This document shows positions 44,028-52,368 of a DNA stretch of 64,000 nt, one piece after another (the stretch's first letter is position 1; each line of letters begins with the position of its first letter). A program made the position numbers and the translations under genes. The notes below the pieces were generated by a model, which had not been told where the DNA came from, searched no databases, and was given only the letters and a program-made list of their open reading frames with translations. The DNA lies in the NCBI GenBank assembly GCA_964431805.1, contig CAYSKV010000004.1:12201-76200 (forward strand), given 5' to 3'. The stretch is from an uncultured Gammaproteobacteria bacterium (lineage in GTDB: Bacteria; Patescibacteriota; Patescibacteriia; Patescibacteriales; GWC2-42-12).

Positions 44028-45119
44028 TTATCTGGCCAATACGTATTGCATACTGCCTAAATTTTTTACCATTCCTTTCATTTCCATGATAGTAAGTGTA
44101 CTATTTATAATTGATGTGTCAAGTTTTGTCAACTGTTTAAGCTCGTCAATATGAATTGGCTCATAAGATAATCCCGCGAGAATTATTTTTTCTTCATTTG
44201 TATCAGGAATTACTTTTTTGTTTTCAATGTAAGAAGCCGCTTCGGCTAAATTAAGAGTTTCTATAATATCTTTAGCGCTGGTTACTAATTTTGCTCCCAT
44301 AGCAATTAAGCGATTAGTGCCTTCCGAAGAACCGGAATAAATACTGCCGGGCACGGCAAAAACTTCTCGATTTTGCTCTAAAGCATGAAAAGCCGTAATT
44401 AGCGCGCCGGATTTTTCAGCGGCTTCTACAACTAAAGTAGCGTTAGATAGGCCGGAAATTATTCGGTTTCTTTGGGGAAAGTGATGCTTTAAAGGCATAG
44501 TGCCGATTGGGTATTCTGATAAAATTAATCCGCCGTGAGTCTGAATTTTATCCGCTAAATAGCGATTTTGTGAAGGGTAAATATTTTGTTGGTCAAGTCC
44601 GGAGCCTAAAACCGCTACGGTTTTTCCGCCAGCTTCAATCGCGGCTGAATGAGCTAGAGTATCTATGCCTAAAGCTAAGCCGCTCGTAATAGTTAAATTA
44701 TTTAAACTTAACTCTCTGGTTAATTTTTCCGTAGCTTGCGCTCCGTAAGGGCTATATTTTCTGGCGCCGACCACGGCTAGTAAAAAACCGTTCAAAGCTT
44801 CTAAATCTCCGCGGTAATATAAGATAAAGGGCGGATCATAAATTTGTTTTAAAAGTTTTGGGTAAGCTGGATCTTCTATGGTTAAAGCTTTTAATTTTTC
44901 TTTGTTCAAATTTTCCAATAATTTTTCCGGTTCAACTTTATGTTTAAAAATTATGAATTCTTCAGCGATCTTTTCTTCAATGCCAGCGTGAATATAATCT
45001 TTTATCGTGGCTTTATAGGCGTTTTCAATATTAGAAAAATAATTTTTTAACTTTTTAAATTTTATTGGGCCGAATTTATAAAACTGGCTTAGCGCCAGCC
45101 AATATTTAAGATCATTCAT
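44028..45119 (-). CDS. dprA: DNA processing protein DprA (Smf)
   Basis: VVGARKYSPYG, GLALGIDTLAHSAA, FPQRNRIISGLS, VVEAAEKSGALITA; adjacent to topA, as in many bacteria. Confidence 0.92.
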   Translation of the reverse strand: MNDLKYWLALSQFYKFGPIKFKKLKNYFSNIENAYKATIKDYIHAGIEEKIAEEFIIFKHKVEPEKLLENLNKEKLKALTIEDPAYPKLLKQIYDPPFILYYRGDLEALNGFLLAVVGARKYSPYGAQATEKLTRELSLNNLTITSGLALGIDTLAHSAAIEAGGKTVAVLGSGLDQQNIYPSQNRYLADKIQTHGGLILSEYPIGTMPLKHHFPQRNRIISGLSNATLVVEAAEKSGALITAFHALEQNREVFAVPGSIYSGSSEGTNRLIAMGAKLVTSAKDIIETLNLAEAASYIENKKVIPDTNEEKIILAGLSYEPIHIDELKQLTKLDTSIINSTLTIMEMKGMVKNLGSMQYVLAR

Positions 45120-45168
45120 GTTTAATTTTTATTTTATATTAGCGATAATTATCTAGATTATTTAAGTC

Positions 45169-45197
45169 TTGACAGGATGGTTTAGTTATGTTAATAT
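45169..45197 (+). promoter_or_regulatory. Consensus sigma70-type promoter for candidate sRNA 1
   Basis: TTGACA (45169-45174), 17-nt spacer, TAATAT (45192-45197). Confidence 0.65.
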
Positions 45198-45203
45198 ACT
45201 ATG

Positions 45204-45332
45204 ATATTTAATTTTATAGCGTTCAGTTTGTTACTTGCTTAAGGGCATAATTTATAAATAGTTTTCCTCCTTAATTATTTATAAATTTTGAATCCCTTTT
45301 AAAGCAAGTAGCACATTGAGCGTTATTTTTTT
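45204..45332 (+). ncRNA. Candidate sRNA 1: ~110-nt extended hairpin with a CCUCCU apical loop and U7 terminator
   Basis: 45216-45245 pairs with 45294-45326 (one mismatch, four G.U pairs, a small internal loop). A 12-bp apical stem joins 45249-45260 and 45276-45287. The 15-nt loop is GTTTTCCTCCTTAAT. T-run 45326-45332. Confidence 0.55.
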
Positions 45333-45360
45333 GACAATTATCTTTTTTCATAATAACATA
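45331..45360 (+). promoter_or_regulatory. sigma70-type promoter candidate for element 2 / orphan ORF leader
   Basis: TTGACA (45331-45336) overlaps the preceding U-run. The best -10 candidates are TAATAA (45351-45356) or TAACAT (45355-45360). Confidence 0.45.
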
Positions 45361-45361
45361 T

Positions 45362-45505
45362 TTAGACGTAACCACAAATAGTATTTAGAATTTTGTCTAG
45401 GAGTGGTGAAAGTTAAACCTCCCTCCTGGTTTGGCTGGAGCCTTAAATCGGGGTTATCCCTATGCTTCTAGACAGAATTGTAAATAGTATTTGTTGTTTT
45501 TATTT
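45362..45505 (+). ncRNA. Candidate structured RNA 2 or 5' leader of ORF 45551 (27-bp closing stem, anti-SD box)
   Basis: 45374-45400 pairs with 45468-45494 (two G-G mismatches, one G.U pair), followed by TGTTTTTATTTATT. The internal CCTCCCTCCT (45418-45427) contains CCCTCCT, complementary to AGGAGGG (45540-45546). Confidence 0.45.
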
Positions 45506-45550
45506 ATTGGTCATTATAACTAATTATTTAAAGAGATTGAGGAGGGTATA

Positions 45551-45871
45551 ATGAATGCTATAGAAATGACGGTTAAAGTTGTTGACAGGAAAAACGAAGG
45601 AGATATTCATAATGATGATTTTATTTACGGCGGCTGGAAAGATGAAGATGAGAAAAAAGAATTCGTCCAGTATTTAAGGCTTGGGCGCTTCTTTCAAGCC
45701 CAACACGAACACTTAAAACAGCTGACAGTATTAAAGAATGACAAAGAAATAGTGCGAGCAGTTATTGCTGGAGAAACTAATAATGAAAATATTCTGCGCG
45801 ATGCTCGCAACGAATACCTCTACTTTTTTAAAGCAAAACATGGTAAACTCCCCAGCTTTAAGAAACAATAA
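45551..45871 (+). CDS. Hypothetical 106-aa cytoplasmic protein (orphan)
   Basis: Strong SD GAGGAGGG sits 4 nt before ATG 45551. No TM segment and no recognisable family. Confidence 0.6.
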   Translation: MNAIEMTVKVVDRKNEGDIHNDDFIYGGWKDEDEKKEFVQYLRLGRFFQAQHEHLKQLTVLKNDKEIVRAVIAGETNNENILRDARNEYLYFFKAKHGKLPSFKKQ

Positions 45872-45889
45872 TTAACAAAAAATACAAAA

Positions 45890-45918
45890 ACGGCCACTTA
45901 TATTGGCCGTCTTTTTTT
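45890..45918. terminator. Bidirectional terminator
   Basis: ACGGCCA (45890-45896) / TGGCCGT (45904-45910), flanked by an A-run and a T-run; lies between convergent genes. Confidence 0.85.
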
Positions 45919-45928
45919 ATTTAAAAAA

Positions 45929-46432
45929 TTAATTTTTTTTTGTTATTTCAGATATTGTAGAGTTGATTTTTTTTAATTCTTCCGGCTTGAATTTTTGCAA
46001 AACGAATTTTTCCGCAGGAATTTTTTCTAACTCTAGCGTTTTAATACCGATTCTTAGGCGTTTAAAGTTTTTAGTGTTTAGCCGATCAATTATAGATTGA
46101 ACTCCATTATGTCCGGCGCTTCTTGAGTCCACAGAAATTTTATATTTGCCGAGTTCTATATCTAAATCATCATGAATAACGGTTAAATTTTCCGGCGATA
46201 ATTTATAATAAGCTAAAGTTAATACTACGGCCGAGCCGGATTCATTCATAAAAGTAAGCGGTTTTACTAAAATAACATCATCGCCTTTAGCTATGTCGGC
46301 TTTAAATTTTTTATTATTTTTCCATTTTAAATCTAATTTTTTAGCTAAAGCGTCAACCGCCATAAAACCAGCGTTATGACGAGTTGTTTTATATTGTTCG
46401 CCTGGATTGCCCAGACCGACGATAATATTCAT
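45929..46432 (-). CDS. pth: Peptidyl-tRNA hydrolase
   Basis: MNIIVGLGNPG...TRHNAGF start at ATG 46432. The track ORF extends 19 codons upstream into the der 3' end. Confidence 0.92.
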   Translation of the reverse strand: MNIIVGLGNPGEQYKTTRHNAGFMAVDALAKKLDLKWKNNKKFKADIAKGDDVILVKPLTFMNESGSAVVLTLAYYKLSPENLTVIHDDLDIELGKYKISVDSRSAGHNGVQSIIDRLNTKNFKRLRIGIKTLELEKIPAEKFVLQKFKPEELKKINSTISEITKKN

Positions 46433-46442
46433 ATAATTAATT

Positions 46443-47879
46443 TTAGTAATCACCATGCTGCCCATGGACTTTTTTAGTTTTTGCCACATTAACCGAAAGC
46501 GGAGTACCTAAAAAACCATAAGTTTCGCGTAAGCGATTTTCAATAAAGCGCAGATAAGAAAAATGTAAATCTTCTTTAGCGCCGATTTTCATTTCAAATT
46601 TCGGCGGGTTGGCTTGGGTTTGCGTGAATTCGCGAATGCGCGGATGCCTAACGCCTTTACCTTTGGCCGGACGATGGATTTTTACGATACGAGATAGAAA
46701 ATGCGATAATTGAGAATCGCTAAGCTGTAATTTTCTTTCGTCAGAGATTTGCAAAGCTAAGTCTAGAATTTTTTTTATTTTTTCTCCGGTTTTCGCTGAA
46801 GTAAACTGCACGGGGGCGTATTGAGCAAAAGGTAATTTTCCATAAAGATAATCAGTATATTTTTTTGTGTCTCGTTTTTCAATTTTATCCCATTTATTAG
46901 CGATAAAAATAAAACTTTTTTGAGCTTCAACAATTTCTTCAATTAATTTAGCGTCTTGATGAGTTATGTCTTCGCTAATATCAAGCGTCATTAGAGCAAC
47001 ATCGCTTTTAGATAGGGCGTTTAACGATTTAGCGATGCCGAATTTTTCTAAACCTTTAGTTTTCGCTCCTCTTTTACTTATACCGGCCGTATCAATTAAT
47101 AATATCGGTCGGCCTCTATAAATTATTTTTGTATGTTGGGGTTCGCGCGTGGTATGAGGTTCTGGGCTGACAATAACTCGGTTATAACCTAAAATTGAAT
47201 TTAACAGGCTCGATTTTCCGACGTTTGGTTTTCCAATAATGCAGATTTTAACTAAATTTTCTGCCGCTGATTTAACGGCTAGCATCTTAGTTTCTTTTTC
47301 ATCTTCGTCTTCATCTAATTCGTCTTTAATTTTTAACTTTTTAATTATAATATCAAGTAAATCTCCGGTGCCAGAACCGTTAGCCGCGGAAATCGGATAA
47401 GGTTCGCCAAGCGATAGTTTATAGAATTCAGAAACTTTTAAACGGTCCTTAGGCGCATCAACTTTATTAACCGTTAAAAGAACTTTACTAGCATTAACAT
47501 TTTTTTTAATTAAAAGCGCCATTTCTCTATCATGAGGCAGTAAGCCAGTTTTATTATCAACTAAAAATATAACTAGATCGGCTTGCTTTAAATATTGTTT
47601 AGCTTGTTTTTGAACTTGATCATCAATATCGTTAGTGCCAATTTTTTTGCTAGTTAAATGTTTTAAATTCATAATCCCGCCAGTGTCGACGACTTCTAAA
47701 TGATGGCCGCGCCAAAAAATTTGTCCTAAATTACTATCGCGAGTTGTGCCGGCGATATCAGAAATTAAGGCTTGTCGTTTTTCGGTTAAACAATTAAATA
47801 GAGTTGATTTACCAACGTTAGTTCGACCGAAAATAACGATAAGGGGTAGAGGATTACTATTTTTTTCTATAGCTTGCAT
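46443..47879 (-). CDS. der: Ribosome-associated GTPase Der (EngA)
   Basis: Two G domains (GRTNVGKST...DTGG and GKPNVGKSS...DTAG) plus a KH-like C-terminal domain. Confidence 0.93.
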   Translation of the reverse strand: MQAIEKNSNPLPLIVIFGRTNVGKSTLFNCLTEKRQALISDIAGTTRDSNLGQIFWRGHHLEVVDTGGIMNLKHLTSKKIGTNDIDDQVQKQAKQYLKQADLVIFLVDNKTGLLPHDREMALLIKKNVNASKVLLTVNKVDAPKDRLKVSEFYKLSLGEPYPISAANGSGTGDLLDIIIKKLKIKDELDEDEDEKETKMLAVKSAAENLVKICIIGKPNVGKSSLLNSILGYNRVIVSPEPHTTREPQHTKIIYRGRPILLIDTAGISKRGAKTKGLEKFGIAKSLNALSKSDVALMTLDISEDITHQDAKLIEEIVEAQKSFIFIANKWDKIEKRDTKKYTDYLYGKLPFAQYAPVQFTSAKTGEKIKKILDLALQISDERKLQLSDSQLSHFLSRIVKIHRPAKGKGVRHPRIREFTQTQANPPKFEMKIGAKEDLHFSYLRFIENRLRETYGFLGTPLSVNVAKTKKVHGQHGDY

Positions 47880-47890
47880 AAATTTATTTT

Positions 47891-49384
47891 TTATTGCCCT
47901 GTATTTTCCGTTCCCGAATTTGTTTTATCAGCGTCTTGACCGATAATTAAAATAAAATCAGGTTGTGTTAAATTAGTTTGGTTAGAATTTTGTTTGGCTA
48001 CTTCATCTATTAACCATTGTGGCATGCCTAAAGCGACATTAGCATTGGTTCTATTTTTTAGTACGGTTAAGGCCTGAAGTTTTTCCCCGTAAGTTAAATC
48101 ATAGATAACCGTTTTTTCAAAATTTTTCTGGCTAGTGTTGCCAATGCGCACTATATCAAAACCGTATTTTTCTAAATCTAAAGCCATAGAGTTAGCTAAC
48201 CCGTTTATCCAAGTGCCATTTCTAATTTCAATCGTGGCTTTTTCTTCTTTTACTTTTTCTTTGTCGGTTGCCGGCGCATCGGCAAAAACATTGTTAACTA
48301 AATATTGTATTTCTGAAAAGTCGCCGCTTCTGGGTTGGAGTAAATAAGCCCCGTCTAAGCCAACGGTATCAACTAAAAGTCCGCTCGGGCTATTATCTAA
48401 AACACGGCTACTAATATTTTCGCTTTTTATATCTTTGGCTAAATTCCATAATTTTACCATCTCCCAGATTTTTAAATTTGAACTGTAATTTTCGGTAATA
48501 TCGGAAATTATATTAGAAATCATGGTTGGTTTAAATAAAACATTAAGCGATAAAACTTTTTCCTTAACCGCTTCTAAGACTTTTTGCTGGCGGCGCGAGC
48601 GCGCGAAATCAGAACCCTCAACGCCTAAAGCATGGCGAGATCGGACATATTTTAAAGCTAATTCGCCGTTCATAACTTGCTCGCCTTTTTCAATATGCAA
48701 ATGCTCCCATCTTTGATCCCAGGCAGCATCTTCATTACCTAGTATAGGATACTTATAGTCATCAAAAGTATTTTCTACATTAACTTTTATACCGCCTAAA
48801 TCGTCAATAATTTTTATAAAACCGGCAAAATCAACGGTTAAATAATAGTCAATCGGAATTTGAAAAATGTCGCTTATAGTTTGGCTTATGGCTAAGCCAC
48901 CCGAGCCGGGAGTTTCCATTTCGGCGTAAGCGTTAACGCTATTAATTTTCCGCCAGCCCATATTTTCAATCGGTACGGCTAAATCGCGTGGGATAGAAAT
49001 TAAAGATACTTTTTTTTCGCTTGGCTTTAAACTAGCTAACATTATAGTATCAGTTAAAAGTCCGCCGTCATGATTTTTCCCGCCGATACCTAACAGCAAA
49101 ATATTTATTCGATCATCGCTTTCACCCTTTAATTTAGTCTCCGCGCTTTCTACTAGATGTTTAATTTGGCTTATAACGGGAATTTTATCAAACCAGGAAG
49201 CCGTAGGTTCACTCGTCGATTTATTAAAAGAAAAAATTAGATACACGGCCAAGAGAAAAATTAAAATAAACCCAATGGGTTTAAGTTGTCTGGCGTTAGA
49301 ATTTTTACTTGATTTTATTGTTATCGGCCTCTTAATTTCCGATTGAGCGAGATTTGAATTTAGTAAATCTATTTTTCTATTCAT
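47891..49384 (-). CDS. LytR-CpsA-Psr (LCP) family cell-envelope phosphotransferase
   Basis: N-terminal TM anchor. LCP core (RINILLLGIGG...LTDTIMLASL...SIPRDL...KINSVNAY). C-terminal LytR_C-like domain. Confidence 0.85.
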   Translation of the reverse strand: MNRKIDLLNSNLAQSEIKRPITIKSSKNSNARQLKPIGFILIFLLAVYLIFSFNKSTSEPTASWFDKIPVISQIKHLVESAETKLKGESDDRINILLLGIGGKNHDGGLLTDTIMLASLKPSEKKVSLISIPRDLAVPIENMGWRKINSVNAYAEMETPGSGGLAISQTISDIFQIPIDYYLTVDFAGFIKIIDDLGGIKVNVENTFDDYKYPILGNEDAAWDQRWEHLHIEKGEQVMNGELALKYVRSRHALGVEGSDFARSRRQQKVLEAVKEKVLSLNVLFKPTMISNIISDITENYSSNLKIWEMVKLWNLAKDIKSENISSRVLDNSPSGLLVDTVGLDGAYLLQPRSGDFSEIQYLVNNVFADAPATDKEKVKEEKATIEIRNGTWINGLANSMALDLEKYGFDIVRIGNTSQKNFEKTVIYDLTYGEKLQALTVLKNRTNANVALGMPQWLIDEVAKQNSNQTNLTQPDFILIIGQDADKTNSGTENTGQ

Positions 49385-49478
49385 AATATAATAAATATAT
49401 AATAATTATATGATTTTGACAACCGCGTTAATTTATTGTCCCGTTTATTATTAACTGTTTATTGTAATTATGTCAACT

Positions 49479-49507
49479 TTGTCTTTTTAATAACAAGCTG
49501 TTATAAT
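49479..49507 (+). promoter_or_regulatory. sigma70-type promoter for lepB
   Basis: TTGTCT (49479-49484), 17-nt spacer, TATAAT (49502-49507). Confidence 0.55.
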
Positions 49508-49527
49508 AGTGATTAGACAAAATACTA

Positions 49528-50151
49528 ATGAGGCCAAAAGCTTATTTATTCTTATTAAATAAGGTTTTTTGTCTTTTAACTTTTTTTATGGTAAAGAATT
49601 TTTTTATTTATGTTTTTGAATTAGTTAAAGTAGTGGCGATTTCTTTAGCCATTATTATTCCTGTTAGATATTTTTTAATCCAGCCGTTTTATGTTAAGGG
49701 TGCTTCAATGGAACCGAGTTTTTATGATAAAGAATATTTAATAATTGATGAAATAAGTTATCGTTTTAATACGCCGGAGCGAGGCGATATTATTGTTTTT
49801 CGCTATCCGAGAAATCCAGAAGAGTATTTTATAAAAAGAATTATTGGTTTACCTGGAGAAAAGGTAGAAATTCAGGATGGTTCGGTTTATGTATATAATA
49901 AGGAAAATCCTTTAGGTTTAAAATTAGAAGAACCATATTTAGCAGCCGATCAAAAAACCTATTCCTTAAGCGAAGAACCAATAGCTTTAAGCGATAGCGA
50001 ATATTATGTGTTAGGCGATAACAGAAATGCTTCTAAGGATTCGCGCAGTTTCGGGCCGGTTGATAAAAAGTTAATTACCGGCAGGGTTTTACTAAGAGGC
50101 TGGCCGTTTAACAGAGTTGATGTTTTTTCGGCGCCGCAATATAATTATTAA
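49528..50151 (+). CDS. lepB: Signal peptidase I
   Basis: Ser box GASMEPSF, Lys box YFIKRIIGLPGE, GDNRNASKDSR. The start could instead be ATG 49588. Confidence 0.9.
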   Translation: MRPKAYLFLLNKVFCLLTFFMVKNFFIYVFELVKVVAISLAIIIPVRYFLIQPFYVKGASMEPSFYDKEYLIIDEISYRFNTPERGDIIVFRYPRNPEEYFIKRIIGLPGEKVEIQDGSVYVYNKENPLGLKLEEPYLAADQKTYSLSEEPIALSDSEYYVLGDNRNASKDSRSFGPVDKKLITGRVLLRGWPFNRVDVFSAPQYNY

Positions 50152-50165
50152 TAAAATTATAATAT

Positions 50166-51536
50166 ATGCCAAAACTTTTTAAGAAAAAAGACAATAAAGA
50201 AGTTGATGAAAAAGTTTCTAAAGCCAGAAAGGCTAGATTCATTTCGCGTCTAAGAGGCACTAAAGATATTTTGCCGGATGAATATAAATATTGGAATTTA
50301 GTTTTTAAAAAAGCTTCAGAACTTTCAAAATCTTATAGCTTTAAGCGTATGGATACGCCGGTTTTAGAAAATGCGGAATTGTATGAACGTTCAACCGGTC
50401 GTCATTCAGACGTCGTTACTAAAGAGATGTTTTCTTTTATTGATAAGAACGGAGAAAAAATTGCGCTTCGCCCGGAAGCAACTCCAGGTATTGTAAGATC
50501 GTATATTGAGCATGGCATGTTTAATATGCCCCAGCCGGTAAAATTGTTTTGGCTCGGTCCGGTTTTTAGGCATGAAAAACCTCAGGCCGGCCGTTTTCGC
50601 CAATTTACCCAATTTAATTTAGAAAGTATCGGAGACACTAGCCCGGTAGCGGACGCCGAACTTATCGCTATATCGCATTATTTTTTTAGCGAGTTGCAGC
50701 TTGATGTTGTAACGCAAATTAATAGCGTTGGTTGCCCGGTCTGCCGCAAGGATTATTTAACTAAGCTGGAAAATTTTTATAAAGAACGCGGACGCCGCAC
50801 AAAATTATGTAATGACTGTAAAAAGAGATTAGTAAAAAACCCTTTGCGCTTATTAGATTGTAAAGAAAAGCAATGTCAGGAAATCGCCGTTGAAGCGCCC
50901 CAGATAGTTGATAGCTTATGCGAAGATTGTAAAAATCATTTTATAAAAGTTCTTGAATATTTAGACGAATTAAATATTCCATATAACTTAAATTCAAATT
51001 TAGTCAGAGGTTTAGATTATTATAACCGAACCGTGTTTGAAGTTTGGCCCTCCTATGCGGAAGGCCAAGAGGGCAAGCCGGCTGATGAACCGTCGCGGCA
51101 GAATGCTTTAGGCGGCGGCGGTCGTTATGACGGCTTAGTAGAATATATGGGCGGTCGACCGACTCCGGCTTGCGGCTTCGGTATTGGCATTGAAAGAGTA
51201 ATTTTAAAAATAAAAGAAAAAAATATTCCTTTGCAGGATGAAGAAAAAGGCGATGTCTTTTTAGCTCATTTAGGCGATCCGGCCAGAAGAAAAATAATGG
51301 TCTTATTTGAAGAGTTAAGAAAAAATGGCATTAAAGTCCGCCAGGCTTTTACTAAAGATAATTTAAAGAGTCAACTAGAAACCGCTAATCAGGCCGGAGT
51401 AAAATACACTTTAATTTTAGGCCAAAAAGAAATAATGGACGGCACGATTTTAATTAGAGATATGGAATCAGGCATTCAGGAAATAGTTGATTATAAAAAG
51501 GTGGTAACAGAGGTTAAAAAGAGGTTGACCGTTTAG
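50166..51536 (+). CDS. hisS: Histidine--tRNA ligase
   Basis: RGTKDILP near the N-terminus, motif 2 FRHEKPQAGRFRQFTQ, motif 3 GGGGRYDGL, and a C-terminal anticodon-binding domain. The insertion domain is Cys-rich. Confidence 0.94.
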   Translation: MPKLFKKKDNKEVDEKVSKARKARFISRLRGTKDILPDEYKYWNLVFKKASELSKSYSFKRMDTPVLENAELYERSTGRHSDVVTKEMFSFIDKNGEKIALRPEATPGIVRSYIEHGMFNMPQPVKLFWLGPVFRHEKPQAGRFRQFTQFNLESIGDTSPVADAELIAISHYFFSELQLDVVTQINSVGCPVCRKDYLTKLENFYKERGRRTKLCNDCKKRLVKNPLRLLDCKEKQCQEIAVEAPQIVDSLCEDCKNHFIKVLEYLDELNIPYNLNSNLVRGLDYYNRTVFEVWPSYAEGQEGKPADEPSRQNALGGGGRYDGLVEYMGGRPTPACGFGIGIERVILKIKEKNIPLQDEEKGDVFLAHLGDPARRKIMVLFEELRKNGIKVRQAFTKDNLKSQLETANQAGVKYTLILGQKEIMDGTILIRDMESGIQEIVDYKKVVTEVKKRLTV

Positions 51537-51538
51537 GG

Positions 51539-51567
51539 TTTACAAATTATAAATAATTGTTTAATAT
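51539..51567 (+). promoter_or_regulatory. sigma70-type promoter for rpsU
   Basis: TTTACA (51539-51544), 17-nt spacer, TAATAT (51562-51567). SD GGAGGTG lies before ATG 51619. Confidence 0.55.
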
Positions 51568-51618
51568 AAGGTTTACGCTTATTAAGCGATTTAGCAATAT
51601 TGGATTGGAGGTGCATTT

Positions 51619-51855
51619 ATGGCAGAATTCAAAAGAAAAAAAGGCGAAAGTTTTGAGAGCTTCTTAAGAAGATTCAATAAAAAACTTCAGCAAAGCGGCA
51701 AATTATATTTAGCCCGCCAGGTTCAACATGTTCAGCCGAAAATCAATAAAACGCAGCAGAAAAAGCGCGCTTTAGTTGGCATGAAACTTAAATCAAAAAG
51801 AGAATATTTAAAGAAAATCGGTAAACTAGAAGAAGAAACCAGAAAGAGATGGTAA
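51619..51855 (+). CDS. rpsU: 30S ribosomal protein S21
   Basis: MAEFKRKKGESFESFLRRFNKK...; basic, 78 aa. Confidence 0.88.
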   Translation: MAEFKRKKGESFESFLRRFNKKLQQSGKLYLARQVQHVQPKINKTQQKKRALVGMKLKSKREYLKKIGKLEEETRKRW

Positions 51856-51863
51856 ATAAAAAT

Positions 51864-52313
51864 ATGTCAAAATTACTAGAACAAATTAATCAAGATTTAA
51901 AAGAAGCCATGAAAAGCAAAGAGGCGGACTTAACGTCTGTCTTAAGAATGCTAATTTCCGCGATACGCAATAAAGAAATAACTTTAAGAAAAGACGGCCA
52001 GGCCGAATTATCCGACGAGCAAGTTTTAGAAGTTATAAGTTCGGAAGTTAAAAAACGTCGTGATTCAATCGAAGCTTATATTTCTGGCGGACGCCAGGAA
52101 TTAGCGGATAAAGAAAATTCTGAAATAAAAATTTTAGAAAAATATTTACCCGAGCAGATGTCGGATGAAGAATTAGAAAAAGTCGTTAAAGAAGTTATCG
52201 GCGCTGGAGATGAAAATTTCGGAAAAGTAATGGGGCAAGTTATGGCGAAAGTAAAAGGCAAAGCCGATGGCGGAAAAGTAGGGGAAATGGTAAAAAAATT
52301 ATTAGTGAAATAA
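51864..52313 (+). CDS. yqeY: GatB/YqeY domain protein
   Basis: LKEAMKSKEADLTSVLRMLISAIRNKEI. The ATG at 51864 avoids overlap with rpsU; the track start is 51849. Confidence 0.85.
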   Translation: MSKLLEQINQDLKEAMKSKEADLTSVLRMLISAIRNKEITLRKDGQAELSDEQVLEVISSEVKKRRDSIEAYISGGRQELADKENSEIKILEKYLPEQMSDEELEKVVKEVIGAGDENFGKVMGQVMAKVKGKADGGKVGEMVKKLLVK

Positions 52314-52328
52314 AATTAGATATAAAAA

Positions 52329-52358
52329 ACACCTCCGAATTTTCGGAGGTGTTTTTTA
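52329..52358. terminator. Bidirectional terminator
   Basis: ACACCTCCGA-ATTT-TCGGAGGTGT perfect 10-bp stem, flanked by an A-run and a T-run. Confidence 0.9.
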
Positions 52359-52368
52359 AATAATCTTT

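Noticed and set aside
46433-46489. 19-codon N-terminal extension of pth in the ORF track
   Set aside because: The canonical Pth N-terminus MNIIVGLGNPG starts at ATG 46432. The extension would overlap the der 3' end.
47200-47330. Acidic DELDEDEDEKE insertion between the two G domains of Der as a possible novelty
   Set aside because: Linker length and charge between Der G domains vary among bacteria, and nothing here indicates a new function.
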